63,556 nt of DNA. Source: Chthoniobacteraceae bacterium. GTDB lineage: Bacteria > Verrucomicrobiota > Verrucomicrobiia > Chthoniobacterales > Chthoniobacteraceae. Made by a program: the position numbers and the translations under genes. Shown in pieces: positions 20,416 to 29,045 of this stretch; position 1 is the first letter of the stretch, and each line of letters opens with the position of its first letter. The notes beneath the pieces were generated by a model, which saw only the letters and a list, made by a program, of their open reading frames with translations, did no database searches and had not been told where the DNA came from. The stretch spans positions 1 to 63,556 of the forward strand of contig JANNWY010000176.1 in assembly GCA_031409335.1 (NCBI GenBank), given 5' to 3'.

Positions 20416-22827
20416 ATGAAGCTCGTCACCCACTCGCTGCGGCTCACCGCGTTTGCCATCCTCATTTTTTCCGCGCACGCGGCCGAGCCGCGCGCGGTGT
20501 CCGGCATCTATCCGCATCTCGCGATGTTCAACGACGAGAGCGAATGCGGCACGGGCGCGGTGGTGCCGTGGGCGGACCGGCTGTGGGTCCTCACTTACGC
20601 GCCGCATCAGCCGCGCGGATCGAGCGACAAACTTTACGAAATCACGCCCGCGCTGGAGCAAATCATCCGGCCCGAAAGCATCGGCGGCACTCCTGCGAAT
20701 CGCATGATTCATCGCGAGTCGGGGCAGCTTTTCATCGGGCCATATGCGATCGATGCGCAGCGGCAAGTGCGCGCGATTTCTTACGCGACGATGTTCGGCA
20801 GGCACACGGGACTCGCGCGGCATCTCACTGATCCGGCGGGAAAGATCGTCTTCGCGACGATGGAGGAGGGGATCTATGACGTGGACGTGAAGACGCTCGC
20901 GCCGACGACGCTGTGGGCCGATGAGCAGGTGAAGGAAGGGCGGCACGCGGGCTTGCCGGGCTATCACGGGAAAGGCTTCTACTCAGCGCAAGGCCGCTAC
21001 ATTTACGCGAACAACGGCGACCATGCGCGGGAGGCGCTGCGCGATCCCGCGGTGCCGAGCGGCGTGCTGGCGGAGTGGGATGGCAAGGCGGACGCGTGGA
21101 CGGTCGTGCGGCGCAATCAATTCACCGACGTGACCGGCCCCGGCGGCATCGAGGGCAGCGCGCCGGATGCGCCCGCGTGGAGCATCGGCTGGGATCATCG
21201 CTCACTCATTCTCATGCTGCTCGATGGTGGAAAATGGAGCGCCTTTCGCCTGCCAAAAGCGAGCAACAGCTACGACGGCGCGCACGGCTGGAACACGGAA
21301 TGGCCGCGCATCCGCGAGATCGGCGACGGGCCGCTGTTGATGACGATGCACGGGATGTTCTGGAGCTTCCCGCGCACCTTTTCCGCCGCGAACACCGCGG
21401 GCCTCCGGCCGCTCAGCTCGTATGTGAAAGTGATCGGCGATTTTGCGGCATGGGGGGATCGGATCGTCTTCGGCTGCGACGACACGGCGAAGAACGAGTT
21501 CCTCAACAAGCGCAAGGCCAAGGGGAGGATCGCCGCGCCGCAGAGCCAGTCGAACCTCTGGTTTGTAAAGCGCGACGCGCTCCGCGACCTCGGGCCGACA
21601 CTGAGCCAGGGTGCCGTCTGGCTCGGGGATGACGTGGCGGCGGGCGAAGCTTCCGATCCGTTTCTTCACGCGGGCGACGCGACGAGCGCGTATTTCGCCC
21701 ACCGCGGCGCTGAGCCCGTCACGCTTCTGATCGAGTGGGACGCAAAGAGCAACGGCGAGTGGGCGAAGTGGTCGAAAGTGGAGCTGCCCGCGCGCGGCGG
21801 GCGCTGGATCAACTTTGCCGCCGAGGGGCCGAATGTGGATTGGATCCGCGTCCGCGCCCAGCAGGCGCTGTCCGGTGCGACGGCGCTCTTCACCGCGGGC
21901 TACACGCACATCGCCTTCGGCAAGCAGCCCGACCCGATTTTCGCCAGCCTCGCCGCCGCCGGGGAAGAGCGCGCCATCGCCGGCACCGTGCGCGCGCGCG
22001 CCGAAAACAAACGCACGCTGCACTTCGCGCCCGTCGGCGCCGACGCGCTCTACGAGCTCGACGCCGACCTCAAGCTCACGCGCACCGACGACGCGGCGGC
22101 GCTCAAGTTTCACCGGGAAAACTCCGCGATCCCCGCTGGCGTGCTCTCCGTGGATGCCGCGTCCGTCATTTACACCGACGACGCTGGCCGACGCTGGCGC
22201 CTGCCCAAAGGCGACGCCGCCTTCGATCGCGACACTGCCGCTGGCCACGCGCGCGTCTGCCGCGAAGTCTGCACCGAGCGTGACCTCTTCAACGCGCACG
22301 GCACCTTCTACGAACTGCCCGCTGAAAACGCCGGCGGCTTCGCCAAGGTGCGCCCTATCGCCACGCACAACCGGCGCGTCCACGACTACTGCTCGTGGCG
22401 CGGCCTGCTCGTGCTCAGCGGCATCGCCGCCGACGCGCCCGCCAGCGAGCACATCGTGCGCAGCGACGATGGCAAAGCCGCGCTGTGGCTCGGCGCGGTC
22501 GATGACCTGTGGAAACTCGGCGCGCCGCGCGGCGTCGGCGGCCCGTGGAAAGACACCGCGGTGAAAGCGGGCGCGGCGAGCGATCCGTATCTGCTCTGGG
22601 GCTACGACCGCCGCACGCTCGCGCTCAGCCAGCGCGGTGCGGAGAGCGTCACTTTCAAAATCGAGCTCGACCTGACCGGCGACGGGCGGTGGGTCGAGTG
22701 GAAGACATTCGCGGTCGCCACGGGAAAGGCAGTCGAGGAAATATTCCCGTCCGAAGTGCAGGCGCGCTGGCTGCGCGTCGTTTCCGATCAGGACACGAAT
22801 GCGACGGCGATCTTTCACTACGAATGA
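20416..22827 (+). CDS. Secreted conserved hypothetical protein (probably beta-rich)
   Basis: About 800 aa, signal peptide, host-like codon usage; motifs ECGTGAVVPWA, GYHGKG, GWNTEWPRIR. Confidence 0.8.
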   Translation: MKLVTHSLRLTAFAILIFSAHAAEPRAVSGIYPHLAMFNDESECGTGAVVPWADRLWVLTYAPHQPRGSSDKLYEITPALEQIIRPESIGGTPANRMIHRESGQLFIGPYAIDAQRQVRAISYATMFGRHTGLARHLTDPAGKIVFATMEEGIYDVDVKTLAPTTLWADEQVKEGRHAGLPGYHGKGFYSAQGRYIYANNGDHAREALRDPAVPSGVLAEWDGKADAWTVVRRNQFTDVTGPGGIEGSAPDAPAWSIGWDHRSLILMLLDGGKWSAFRLPKASNSYDGAHGWNTEWPRIREIGDGPLLMTMHGMFWSFPRTFSAANTAGLRPLSSYVKVIGDFAAWGDRIVFGCDDTAKNEFLNKRKAKGRIAAPQSQSNLWFVKRDALRDLGPTLSQGAVWLGDDVAAGEASDPFLHAGDATSAYFAHRGAEPVTLLIEWDAKSNGEWAKWSKVELPARGGRWINFAAEGPNVDWIRVRAQQALSGATALFTAGYTHIAFGKQPDPIFASLAAAGEERAIAGTVRARAENKRTLHFAPVGADALYELDADLKLTRTDDAAALKFHRENSAIPAGVLSVDAASVIYTDDAGRRWRLPKGDAAFDRDTAAGHARVCREVCTERDLFNAHGTFYELPAENAGGFAKVRPIATHNRRVHDYCSWRGLLVLSGIAADAPASEHIVRSDDGKAALWLGAVDDLWKLGAPRGVGGPWKDTAVKAGAASDPYLLWGYDRRTLALSQRGAESVTFKIELDLTGDGRWVEWKTFAVATGKAVEEIFPSEVQARWLRVVSDQDTNATAIFHYE

Positions 22828-22950
22828 GTCGGCGAAATCTCTGAAATCAAAGTCGCATTCCACGGGTCTTCGGCTTGCCGCGGCGGACGTAACTTTTGAA
22901 ATTCGTATAAGAGACATCCTTCGTTCCGTATTCTTAATTGCAGCCAGCCC

Positions 22951-25900
22951 ATGTCCCGCCTTCGCTTCCTGATTTTCCTGCTCGCGCTTTCCCTTCCGCT
23001 CCATGCGGCGGAAAAGCTGCGCTTCAATCGCGACATCCGCCCAATCCTTTCGGACAAATGTTTTCACTGCCACGGCCCCGATCCGAAGAAGCGCGACTCG
23101 GGGATGCGGCTCGATGTGCGCGCGGATGCGATCAAGGAACACGATGGCTTCCGCGCCATCGTGCCGGGCAAGCCGGATGAAAGCGAAATGCTCGTCCGCG
23201 TCGCCAGCAGCGACCGCGATGAAGTGATGCCGCCGCCGAAGTCGAAACTTGGCGGGCTGACTCCCGCGGAAGTCGCGACGCTGAAACGATGGATCGCGGA
23301 AGGCGCGGAGTACGAGGCGCATTGGGCGTTCAATTCGCTGAAGCCATCGGACGCGCCGGGCTTCGATGGATTTGTGGAAAAGGAACTCGCCGCGCGCGGA
23401 CTCGCGCCGCAGCCAGAGGCGGATCGCAATACGCTGATCCGCCGCGTGAGCTTCGACATCACGGGCTTGCCGCCGACTCCGGCGGAGGTCGCAGCTTTTG
23501 TGGATGGGACTCATGGGTCGAATGGGTCCCATGAGACCTATGAACAGCTCGTGGATCGCCTGCTCGCCTCGCCGCGTTACGGCGAGCGCATGGCGGGCGA
23601 TTGGCTCGCTATCTCGCGCTACGCGGACAGCTACGGCTTTCAAGTCGATCGCGAACGCGACGTGTGGCAGTGGCGCGATTGGGTGATCCGCGCGTTCAAT
23701 GAAAACCTGCCGTTCAACCAATTTATCACCTGGCAGCTCGGCGGCGATCTCCTGCCGAATCCGACCGACGAGCAAATCCTCGCGACCGCTTTCAACCGGC
23801 TGCATCAGCAGGAAACCGAGGGCGGCAGCGTCGAGGAGGAATACCGCGTCGAGTATGTGGCCGACCGCGTGCAGACATTTTCGACGGCGTTTCTCGGGCT
23901 CACGTTCGAGTGTGCGCGCTGCCACGATCACAAGTTCGATCCGCTCACGCAAAAGGAGTACTACCAGTTCTTCTCGATGTTCCAAAACATCGACGAGGCG
24001 GGCCTGTATTCGTATTTCACGACCTCGGTGCCAACGCCTGCGCTGACGCTCGCGGATGCGGCGAAAAAGGAGCGTCTCGCCGATTTGCAGCGCGCGGTTT
24101 TCGACGCGGAGAAAAAGCTCGCCGAACAGCGCGATGCGAAGCGCGCAGCATTCGTTGCATGGCTCCCATCCCGTCCCATGAAGGTGACGCCCGTCGGCGA
24201 GATCGCGGGATTCGGATTTGAGTTTTTGGAGGGCCGCAAATTCGCGAACTGGGTGGATGAAAAGCAGCCCGCGACTTTGAATGGCGAGAACAAGGTGGTG
24301 CCGGGGCGCGTGGGAAACGCGGTGCAATTGACCGGCGATGACTCGGTGGCGTTGTCGGTCGGGAATTTCAAACGCAGCGAACCTTTCAGTGTGTCGCTTT
24401 GGATTAAAACGCCGGATGTGAAAGAGCGCGCGGTCGTTTTTCACCGGTCGCAGGCTTGGACGGATGCGGCGAGCCGCGGCTACGAATTGCTGATCGAAGA
24501 CGGAAAGCTGAAATGGTCGCTGATCCATTTCTGGCCGGGCAATGCGATCTCGATCCGCGCGAAAACCGCGGTGCCGCTGAACGAATGGACGCACGTCGTG
24601 GTGAGCAACGATGGCAGCAGTCGCGCGGCTGGATTGAAGCTCTATGTGAACGGCCAGGCCGCGTCGGTCGACGTGGTGAAGGACAAGTTGACCAGGGACA
24701 TCACGGGCGGCGGCGGCGACAATATCTCGCTCGGCGAACGGATGCGGGACCGCGGGTTCAAAGGCGGCGCGATCGACGAATTCCGGGTTTTCAATCGCGA
24801 ACTGACGGCGCTCGAAGCGCTGGCGATGAGCGATGAAGCCGGCGCGAATGCTTTGCTGGCCAAGGGCGGGAGCGAAGTCGTGCGGGACTATTTTCTCGCG
24901 ACCGCAGACGCTGATTTTGCAAAGCAACTCGATGCGTTGAAAGCCGTGCGTGTGCAGGCGATGAAGGCGGCGGACGGCTTGCCGGAAATCATGGTGATGC
25001 GCGAACTGCCGCAGCCGAAGCAGGCGTTCACGCTCTTCCGCGGAGCGTACGATCAGCGCCGGGACGAAGTCGGAGCGGGGACACCGGCTTCGCTTTCGCC
25101 CTTGCCAAAAGACGCGCCGAAAAACCGCCTCGGCCTCGCGCAATGGCTGACTGCACCGGAGCATCCGCTCACTTCGCGCGTGCTCGTGAATCGTTTCTGG
25201 CAAAGCATCTTCGGGCTAGGATTGGTGAAGACTTCGGAGGATTTCGGCAGCCAGGGAGCGCGGCCCGTTTACCCCGAAGTGCTGGACTGGCTTTCGTCTC
25301 GTTTCATCCAAAGCGGCTGGGATACGAAGGCGCTGATCAAGTCGATCGTGATGAGCAAAACCTACCGCCAGCGCAGCATCGCCGATGCGAAAACGATGGC
25401 GGATGACCCGGACAACGAACTGCTCGCGCGCGGCCCGCGCTTTCGCCTGAGCGCCGAGATGATCCGCGACAATGCGCTCGCCGCTGCGGGGCTGCTCAGC
25501 GAAAAAATCGGCGGTCCTCCGGTGATGCCTTACGAAATGAGCGAGGCATTCAAACCACACGCGCCGAGCGGCGGCGACGGAGTGTTCCGTCGCAGCGTTT
25601 ACACGAGCTGGCGTCGCACCGGCCCGCCGCCTGCGATGATCGCTTTCGACGCGCCGCGCCGCGCCGTCTGCGCGGCAAAACGCGAGCGCACGGACTCGCC
25701 ACTGCAGGCGCTGATTCTTTTGAACGGGACACAATACGTCGAAGCCGCGCGGGTGCTCGGCGAGAAGCTGCACGTATCGTCGAAGGGCGAGGTGAACGCG
25801 ATGATCGACGAAGGTTTCCTCCGCTGCCTGAGTCGAAAACCGGACGCGCGCGAACGCGAGATTTTGCAGCGACTTTACCGCGAACAACTCGCGCATTTCC

Positions 25901-26043
25901 AATCCAAGCCCGCCGAGGCGACCGCGCTGCTCGGCCACGGCCAAACGAAACCCGCCGCCGGAATTCCCGCGCCCGAAGCCGCGGCCGCGACCGTGCTCGG
26001 GCAGGCGCTGATGAACCACGATGCGTGCGTGGTGAAACGATGA
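22951..26043 (+). CDS. Planctomycete cytochrome c / DUF1549 / LamG / DUF1553 protein
   Basis: FNRDIRPILSDKCFHCHG, LIRRVSFDITGLPP, YGERMA, CARCHDHKFD, LamG-like insert, NRFWQ, RLSAEMIRD, SPLQAL. Confidence 0.95.
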   Translation: MSRLRFLIFLLALSLPLHAAEKLRFNRDIRPILSDKCFHCHGPDPKKRDSGMRLDVRADAIKEHDGFRAIVPGKPDESEMLVRVASSDRDEVMPPPKSKLGGLTPAEVATLKRWIAEGAEYEAHWAFNSLKPSDAPGFDGFVEKELAARGLAPQPEADRNTLIRRVSFDITGLPPTPAEVAAFVDGTHGSNGSHETYEQLVDRLLASPRYGERMAGDWLAISRYADSYGFQVDRERDVWQWRDWVIRAFNENLPFNQFITWQLGGDLLPNPTDEQILATAFNRLHQQETEGGSVEEEYRVEYVADRVQTFSTAFLGLTFECARCHDHKFDPLTQKEYYQFFSMFQNIDEAGLYSYFTTSVPTPALTLADAAKKERLADLQRAVFDAEKKLAEQRDAKRAAFVAWLPSRPMKVTPVGEIAGFGFEFLEGRKFANWVDEKQPATLNGENKVVPGRVGNAVQLTGDDSVALSVGNFKRSEPFSVSLWIKTPDVKERAVVFHRSQAWTDAASRGYELLIEDGKLKWSLIHFWPGNAISIRAKTAVPLNEWTHVVVSNDGSSRAAGLKLYVNGQAASVDVVKDKLTRDITGGGGDNISLGERMRDRGFKGGAIDEFRVFNRELTALEALAMSDEAGANALLAKGGSEVVRDYFLATADADFAKQLDALKAVRVQAMKAADGLPEIMVMRELPQPKQAFTLFRGAYDQRRDEVGAGTPASLSPLPKDAPKNRLGLAQWLTAPEHPLTSRVLVNRFWQSIFGLGLVKTSEDFGSQGARPVYPEVLDWLSSRFIQSGWDTKALIKSIVMSKTYRQRSIADAKTMADDPDNELLARGPRFRLSAEMIRDNALAAAGLLSEKIGGPPVMPYEMSEAFKPHAPSGGDGVFRRSVYTSWRRTGPPPAMIAFDAPRRAVCAAKRERTDSPLQALILLNGTQYVEAARVLGEKLHVSSKGEVNAMIDEGFLRCLSRKPDAREREILQRLYREQLAHFQSKPAEATALLGHGQTKPAAGIPAPEAAAATVLGQALMNHDACVVKR
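23504..23544. repeat. In-frame nonamer tandem repeat (ATGGGWCNN) inside the DUF1549 gene
   Basis: atgggactc atgggtcga atgggtccc atgagacct atgaa; encodes GTHGSNGSHETYE. Confidence 0.7.
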
Positions 26044-26061
26044 ACGACGTGGACCACAGAA

Positions 26062-26229
26062 TCCGGGTAGCACGCTCGTCCCGAGCGTTGGCGAAGGCGT
26101 CCCGCCTTCGCGGACTTTGGTGCGCGCCCGCGACTCGAAGCGCGTTGAATTCTATGGCAACCTGTCGTCAGGAAAGTTCGTTTCGGCGGGACGCCGAAAC
26201 CAACGCCCGGGACGAGCGTGCTACCCGGA
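26062..26229. repeat. Intergenic GTAG-type REP doublet (REPIN/MITE-like long inverted repeat)
   Basis: tccgggtagcacgctcgtcccgagcgttgg ... ccaacgcccgggacgagcgtgctacccgga; each arm carries two small hairpins. Confidence 0.9.
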
Positions 26230-26256
26230 ATATCCCGCGCCGATCAATTTGAATTC

Positions 26257-27675
26257 ATGAACACTCTCCCATTCAATCGCCGCCAATTCCTGAACCGCTT
26301 CGGAATGGGCCTCGGCGGCATCGCACTTGCCGAAATGCTGCCGCAAACCGTGCTCGGCGCGAGCGATCGCGGCGTGCTCGGCCTCCCGCATTTTCCGCCG
26401 AAGGCGAAGCGGGTGATCTACCTGTTCATGTCGGGCGGTCCGTCGCAGCTCGACCTCTTTGACTACAAGCCGCTGCTCAACCAACGCCACGGCGAACAGC
26501 TCCCAGACTCGATCCGCGGCGGACAGCGGCTCACCGGCATGTCGGGAAATCAATCCTCGATTCCGCTCGTCGGTTCACCGTTCAAATTCGCGCAGCACGG
26601 AAAAGCGGGCGCATGGTTCAGCAATCTGCTGCCGCACACCGCGTCGATCGCCGACGATATTTGCGTGGTGCGCTCGATGTTCAGCGAGGCGATCAATCAC
26701 GGGCCGGGCGTGACGTTCTACCAAACCGGCTCGCAGATCGCGGGACGGCCAAGCATCGGCGCGTGGCTCAGCTACGGGCTCGGGCAGGAGAATGCGAATC
26801 TGCCTTCCTTCGTCGTGCTCGTCACGAAAGGGAAGGGCGGCCAGCCGCTCGGCTCGCATTTGTGGGGCAGCGGTTTTCTTCCGGCGAAACATCAGGCGGT
26901 GCAATTTCGCGCGGCGAAAGATCCGGTGCTGTATCTCGGCAATCCGGCGGGCGTCGATGAAGCCAGTCGGCGACTGATGCTCGATCGGTTGCGCGAGATG
27001 CACGAGCACCAGATCGAAGGCACGCCGGACGCGGAAATTCAGGGTCGCATCGATCAATATGAAATGGCGTTTCGGATGCAGACGAGCATTCCCGAAGTGA
27101 CCGATCTCTCGCAGGAATCCGAGGCCACGCTCGCGAGTTACGGCCCGGATGTGAAGACGCCCGGCACCTTCGCCGCGAACTGCCTCCAAGCGCGCCGACT
27201 CGCGGAGAAAGGCGTGCGTTTCATCCAGCTTTATCATCAGGACTGGGATCATCACGGCGGCTTGCCTGGCGCGTTGCCCGGTCTTTGCAAAGAGACGGAT
27301 CAACCCGCTGCCGCGCTCATCAAGGATTTGAAAATGCGCGGGCTGCTCGATGACACGCTGGTCGTGTGGGGCGGCGAATTCGGGCGGACGAATTATTGTC
27401 AGGGGAAAATCAGCACGAACTTCGGGCGTGATCACCATCCGCGCTGCTTCACCGCATGGATGGCGGGCGGCGGTGTGAAGGCGGGATCGGTCTATGGCGA
27501 GACGGATGAGTTCGGCTACAACGTGGTGGCCGACGGCGTCCACGTACACGATTTCCACGCGACGATGATGCACCTGCTCGGCATCGACCACGAGCGCCTC
27601 ACCTACAAATTCCAAGGCCGTCGTTACCGGCTGACGGATGTGGAAGGCCATTTGGTGAAAGGCATCGTCGCATAA
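26257..27675 (+). CDS. DUF1501 domain protein (Tat-like RR leader)
   Basis: RRQFL, KAKRVIYLFMSGGPSQLDLFDYKP, ARRLAEKGVRF, WDHH, GEFGRT, GRDHHP. Confidence 0.96.
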   Translation: MNTLPFNRRQFLNRFGMGLGGIALAEMLPQTVLGASDRGVLGLPHFPPKAKRVIYLFMSGGPSQLDLFDYKPLLNQRHGEQLPDSIRGGQRLTGMSGNQSSIPLVGSPFKFAQHGKAGAWFSNLLPHTASIADDICVVRSMFSEAINHGPGVTFYQTGSQIAGRPSIGAWLSYGLGQENANLPSFVVLVTKGKGGQPLGSHLWGSGFLPAKHQAVQFRAAKDPVLYLGNPAGVDEASRRLMLDRLREMHEHQIEGTPDAEIQGRIDQYEMAFRMQTSIPEVTDLSQESEATLASYGPDVKTPGTFAANCLQARRLAEKGVRFIQLYHQDWDHHGGLPGALPGLCKETDQPAAALIKDLKMRGLLDDTLVVWGGEFGRTNYCQGKISTNFGRDHHPRCFTAWMAGGGVKAGSVYGETDEFGYNVVADGVHVHDFHATMMHLLGIDHERLTYKFQGRRYRLTDVEGHLVKGIVA

Positions 27676-27751
27676 TTTGTGAAACTGAACGCGGCCCGTT
27701 CGACCCGCGCGATGACAGCGAGATAGCCTGACTCCAGTTACCGCCCGCACC

Positions 27752-28066
27752 ATGAGCGAATCCTTCGATTACGACGTCTTCCTGAGCCACAGCGCGAAGG
27801 ACAAGGCGGTGGTGCGCCCGCTGGCCGAGCGGTTGCGGATGGACGAGGTGAAGGTGTGGTTCGATGAATGGGTGCTCAAGCCGGGCGACAGCATTCCGGC
27901 GAAGATCGAGGAAGGGCTGGAGCGCTCGCGCGTGCTGGTGCTCTGCATGTCGGCGAATGCGTTCGGCTCGGACTGGGCGCAGTTGGAGTCCGGCACGTTC
28001 CGCTTTCGCGACCCGCTGAAAAAGGAGCGCCGCAACCTTCCGCTGCGCCTCGACGACTCCCCATGA
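27752..28066 (+). pseudogene. TIR domain (TIR_2) copy 1, C-terminally truncated
   Basis: YDVFLSHS, KVWFDEW, SDWAQLE; ends at PLRLDDSP before the expected last TIR elements. Confidence 0.8.
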
Positions 28067-28124
28067 ACGACTCCCCCCAGCCGAAGCTCTCGCCTTCCCT
28101 CGAACGCATGACATATTCCACCGC

Positions 28125-28346
28125 ATGAACTGGCGCGAACACATCCTCAGCGACCCGCAAATCCTCCGCGGCAAGCCATGCATCAAAGGCACCCGCATTC
28201 CCGTGGCGCTCATCCTGGGCTACCTGGCCTCGGGACGCGATGCGGCGGCCATCCAGCGGGAATTCCCCGACCTCACTCGAGACGACGTAACGGCGTGCCT
28301 GGATTACGCCCGCGACCTGGCGGAATTTGAAGCCGTGCCGGCATGA
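28125..28346 (+). CDS. DUF433 family antitoxin
   Basis: DPQILRGKPCIKGTRIPV, FPDLTRDDVTACLDYA. Confidence 0.95.
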   Translation: MNWREHILSDPQILRGKPCIKGTRIPVALILGYLASGRDAAAIQREFPDLTRDDVTACLDYARDLAEFEAVPA

Positions 28347-28711
28347 GCCTGCGGTTCCTCAGCGACCAATGTGTGCCTGCGGAAATCACCGAAACGCTTC
28401 GTCGCCAAGGACACCAAGCCACGCTCCTGAGGGAAGTCCTCCCCATCCGCTCGCCCGACCCGGTCGTCATCGGCAAGGCGCGGGAACTCGGCGCGATTCT
28501 GGTTTCCCTCAATGGCGATTTCTCGGTCATCGTGGCCTATCCGCCGGCGCAGCACCTCGGGATCGTGGCCATTCAATTGCACAACCACCCCGAAACCATT
28601 CCGCCGCTGATGGAACTGCTCGCCGCGTTTCTGGACAGCCACCCGGCGCAGGACTTCTACCACGGCAAACTCTTCCTCATCGAAGTCCATCGCGTAAGAA
28701 TCCGGCAGTGA
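28343..28711 (+). CDS. DUF5615 family PIN-like toxin
   Basis: RFLSDQCVP, LRRQGH, PD, ILVSLNGDF, HLGIV; ATGA-coupled to DUF433. Confidence 0.88.
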   Translation: MSLRFLSDQCVPAEITETLRRQGHQATLLREVLPIRSPDPVVIGKARELGAILVSLNGDFSVIVAYPPAQHLGIVAIQLHNHPETIPPLMELLAAFLDSHPAQDFYHGKLFLIEVHRVRIRQ

Positions 28712-28724
28712 ACATTTGGAACCC

Positions 28725-29042
28725 ATGACGCCCGGTGACTTCCCCTACGACCTCTTCCTGAGCCACAGCGCGAAGGACAAGGCCGTGGTGCGCCCGCTGG
28801 CGGAGCGGTTGCGGAAGGACGGGGTGAAGGTGTGGTTCGATGAATGGGTGCTCAAGCCGGGCGACAGCATCCCGAGTAAGATCGAGGAAGGGCTGGAGCG
28901 CTCGCGCGTGCTGATGCTCTGCATGTCGGCGAATGCGTTCGGCTCGGACTGGGCGCAGTTGGAGTCCGGCACGTTCCGCTTTCGCGACCCGCTGAACAAG
29001 GATCGCCGCTTCCTTCCCCTGCGGGACGGAAGCCGTAAATAA
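28725..29042 (+). CDS. TIR domain (TIR_2) copy 2, truncated or minimal
   Basis: Near-identical to 27770-28050; in the same frame as the next gene, separated by TAA CAA. Confidence 0.8.
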   Translation: MTPGDFPYDLFLSHSAKDKAVVRPLAERLRKDGVKVWFDEWVLKPGDSIPSKIEEGLERSRVLMLCMSANAFGSDWAQLESGTFRFRDPLNKDRRFLPLRDGSRK

Positions 29043-29045
29043 CAA

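Noticed and set aside
21202..25203. 1333-aa minus-strand ORF and other long antisense ORFs (e.g. 33499-35595, 15736-17469, 53632-55206, 56560-58320)
   Set aside because: These are shadow ORFs opposite well-supported genes in high-GC DNA, with no recognisable motifs.
26062..26229. CRISPR array or structured ncRNA/riboswitch
   Set aside because: Only two inverted arms, no repeat-spacer periodicity and no cas genes. A second copy at 47819 and the GTAG-hairpin layout fit a REP element better.
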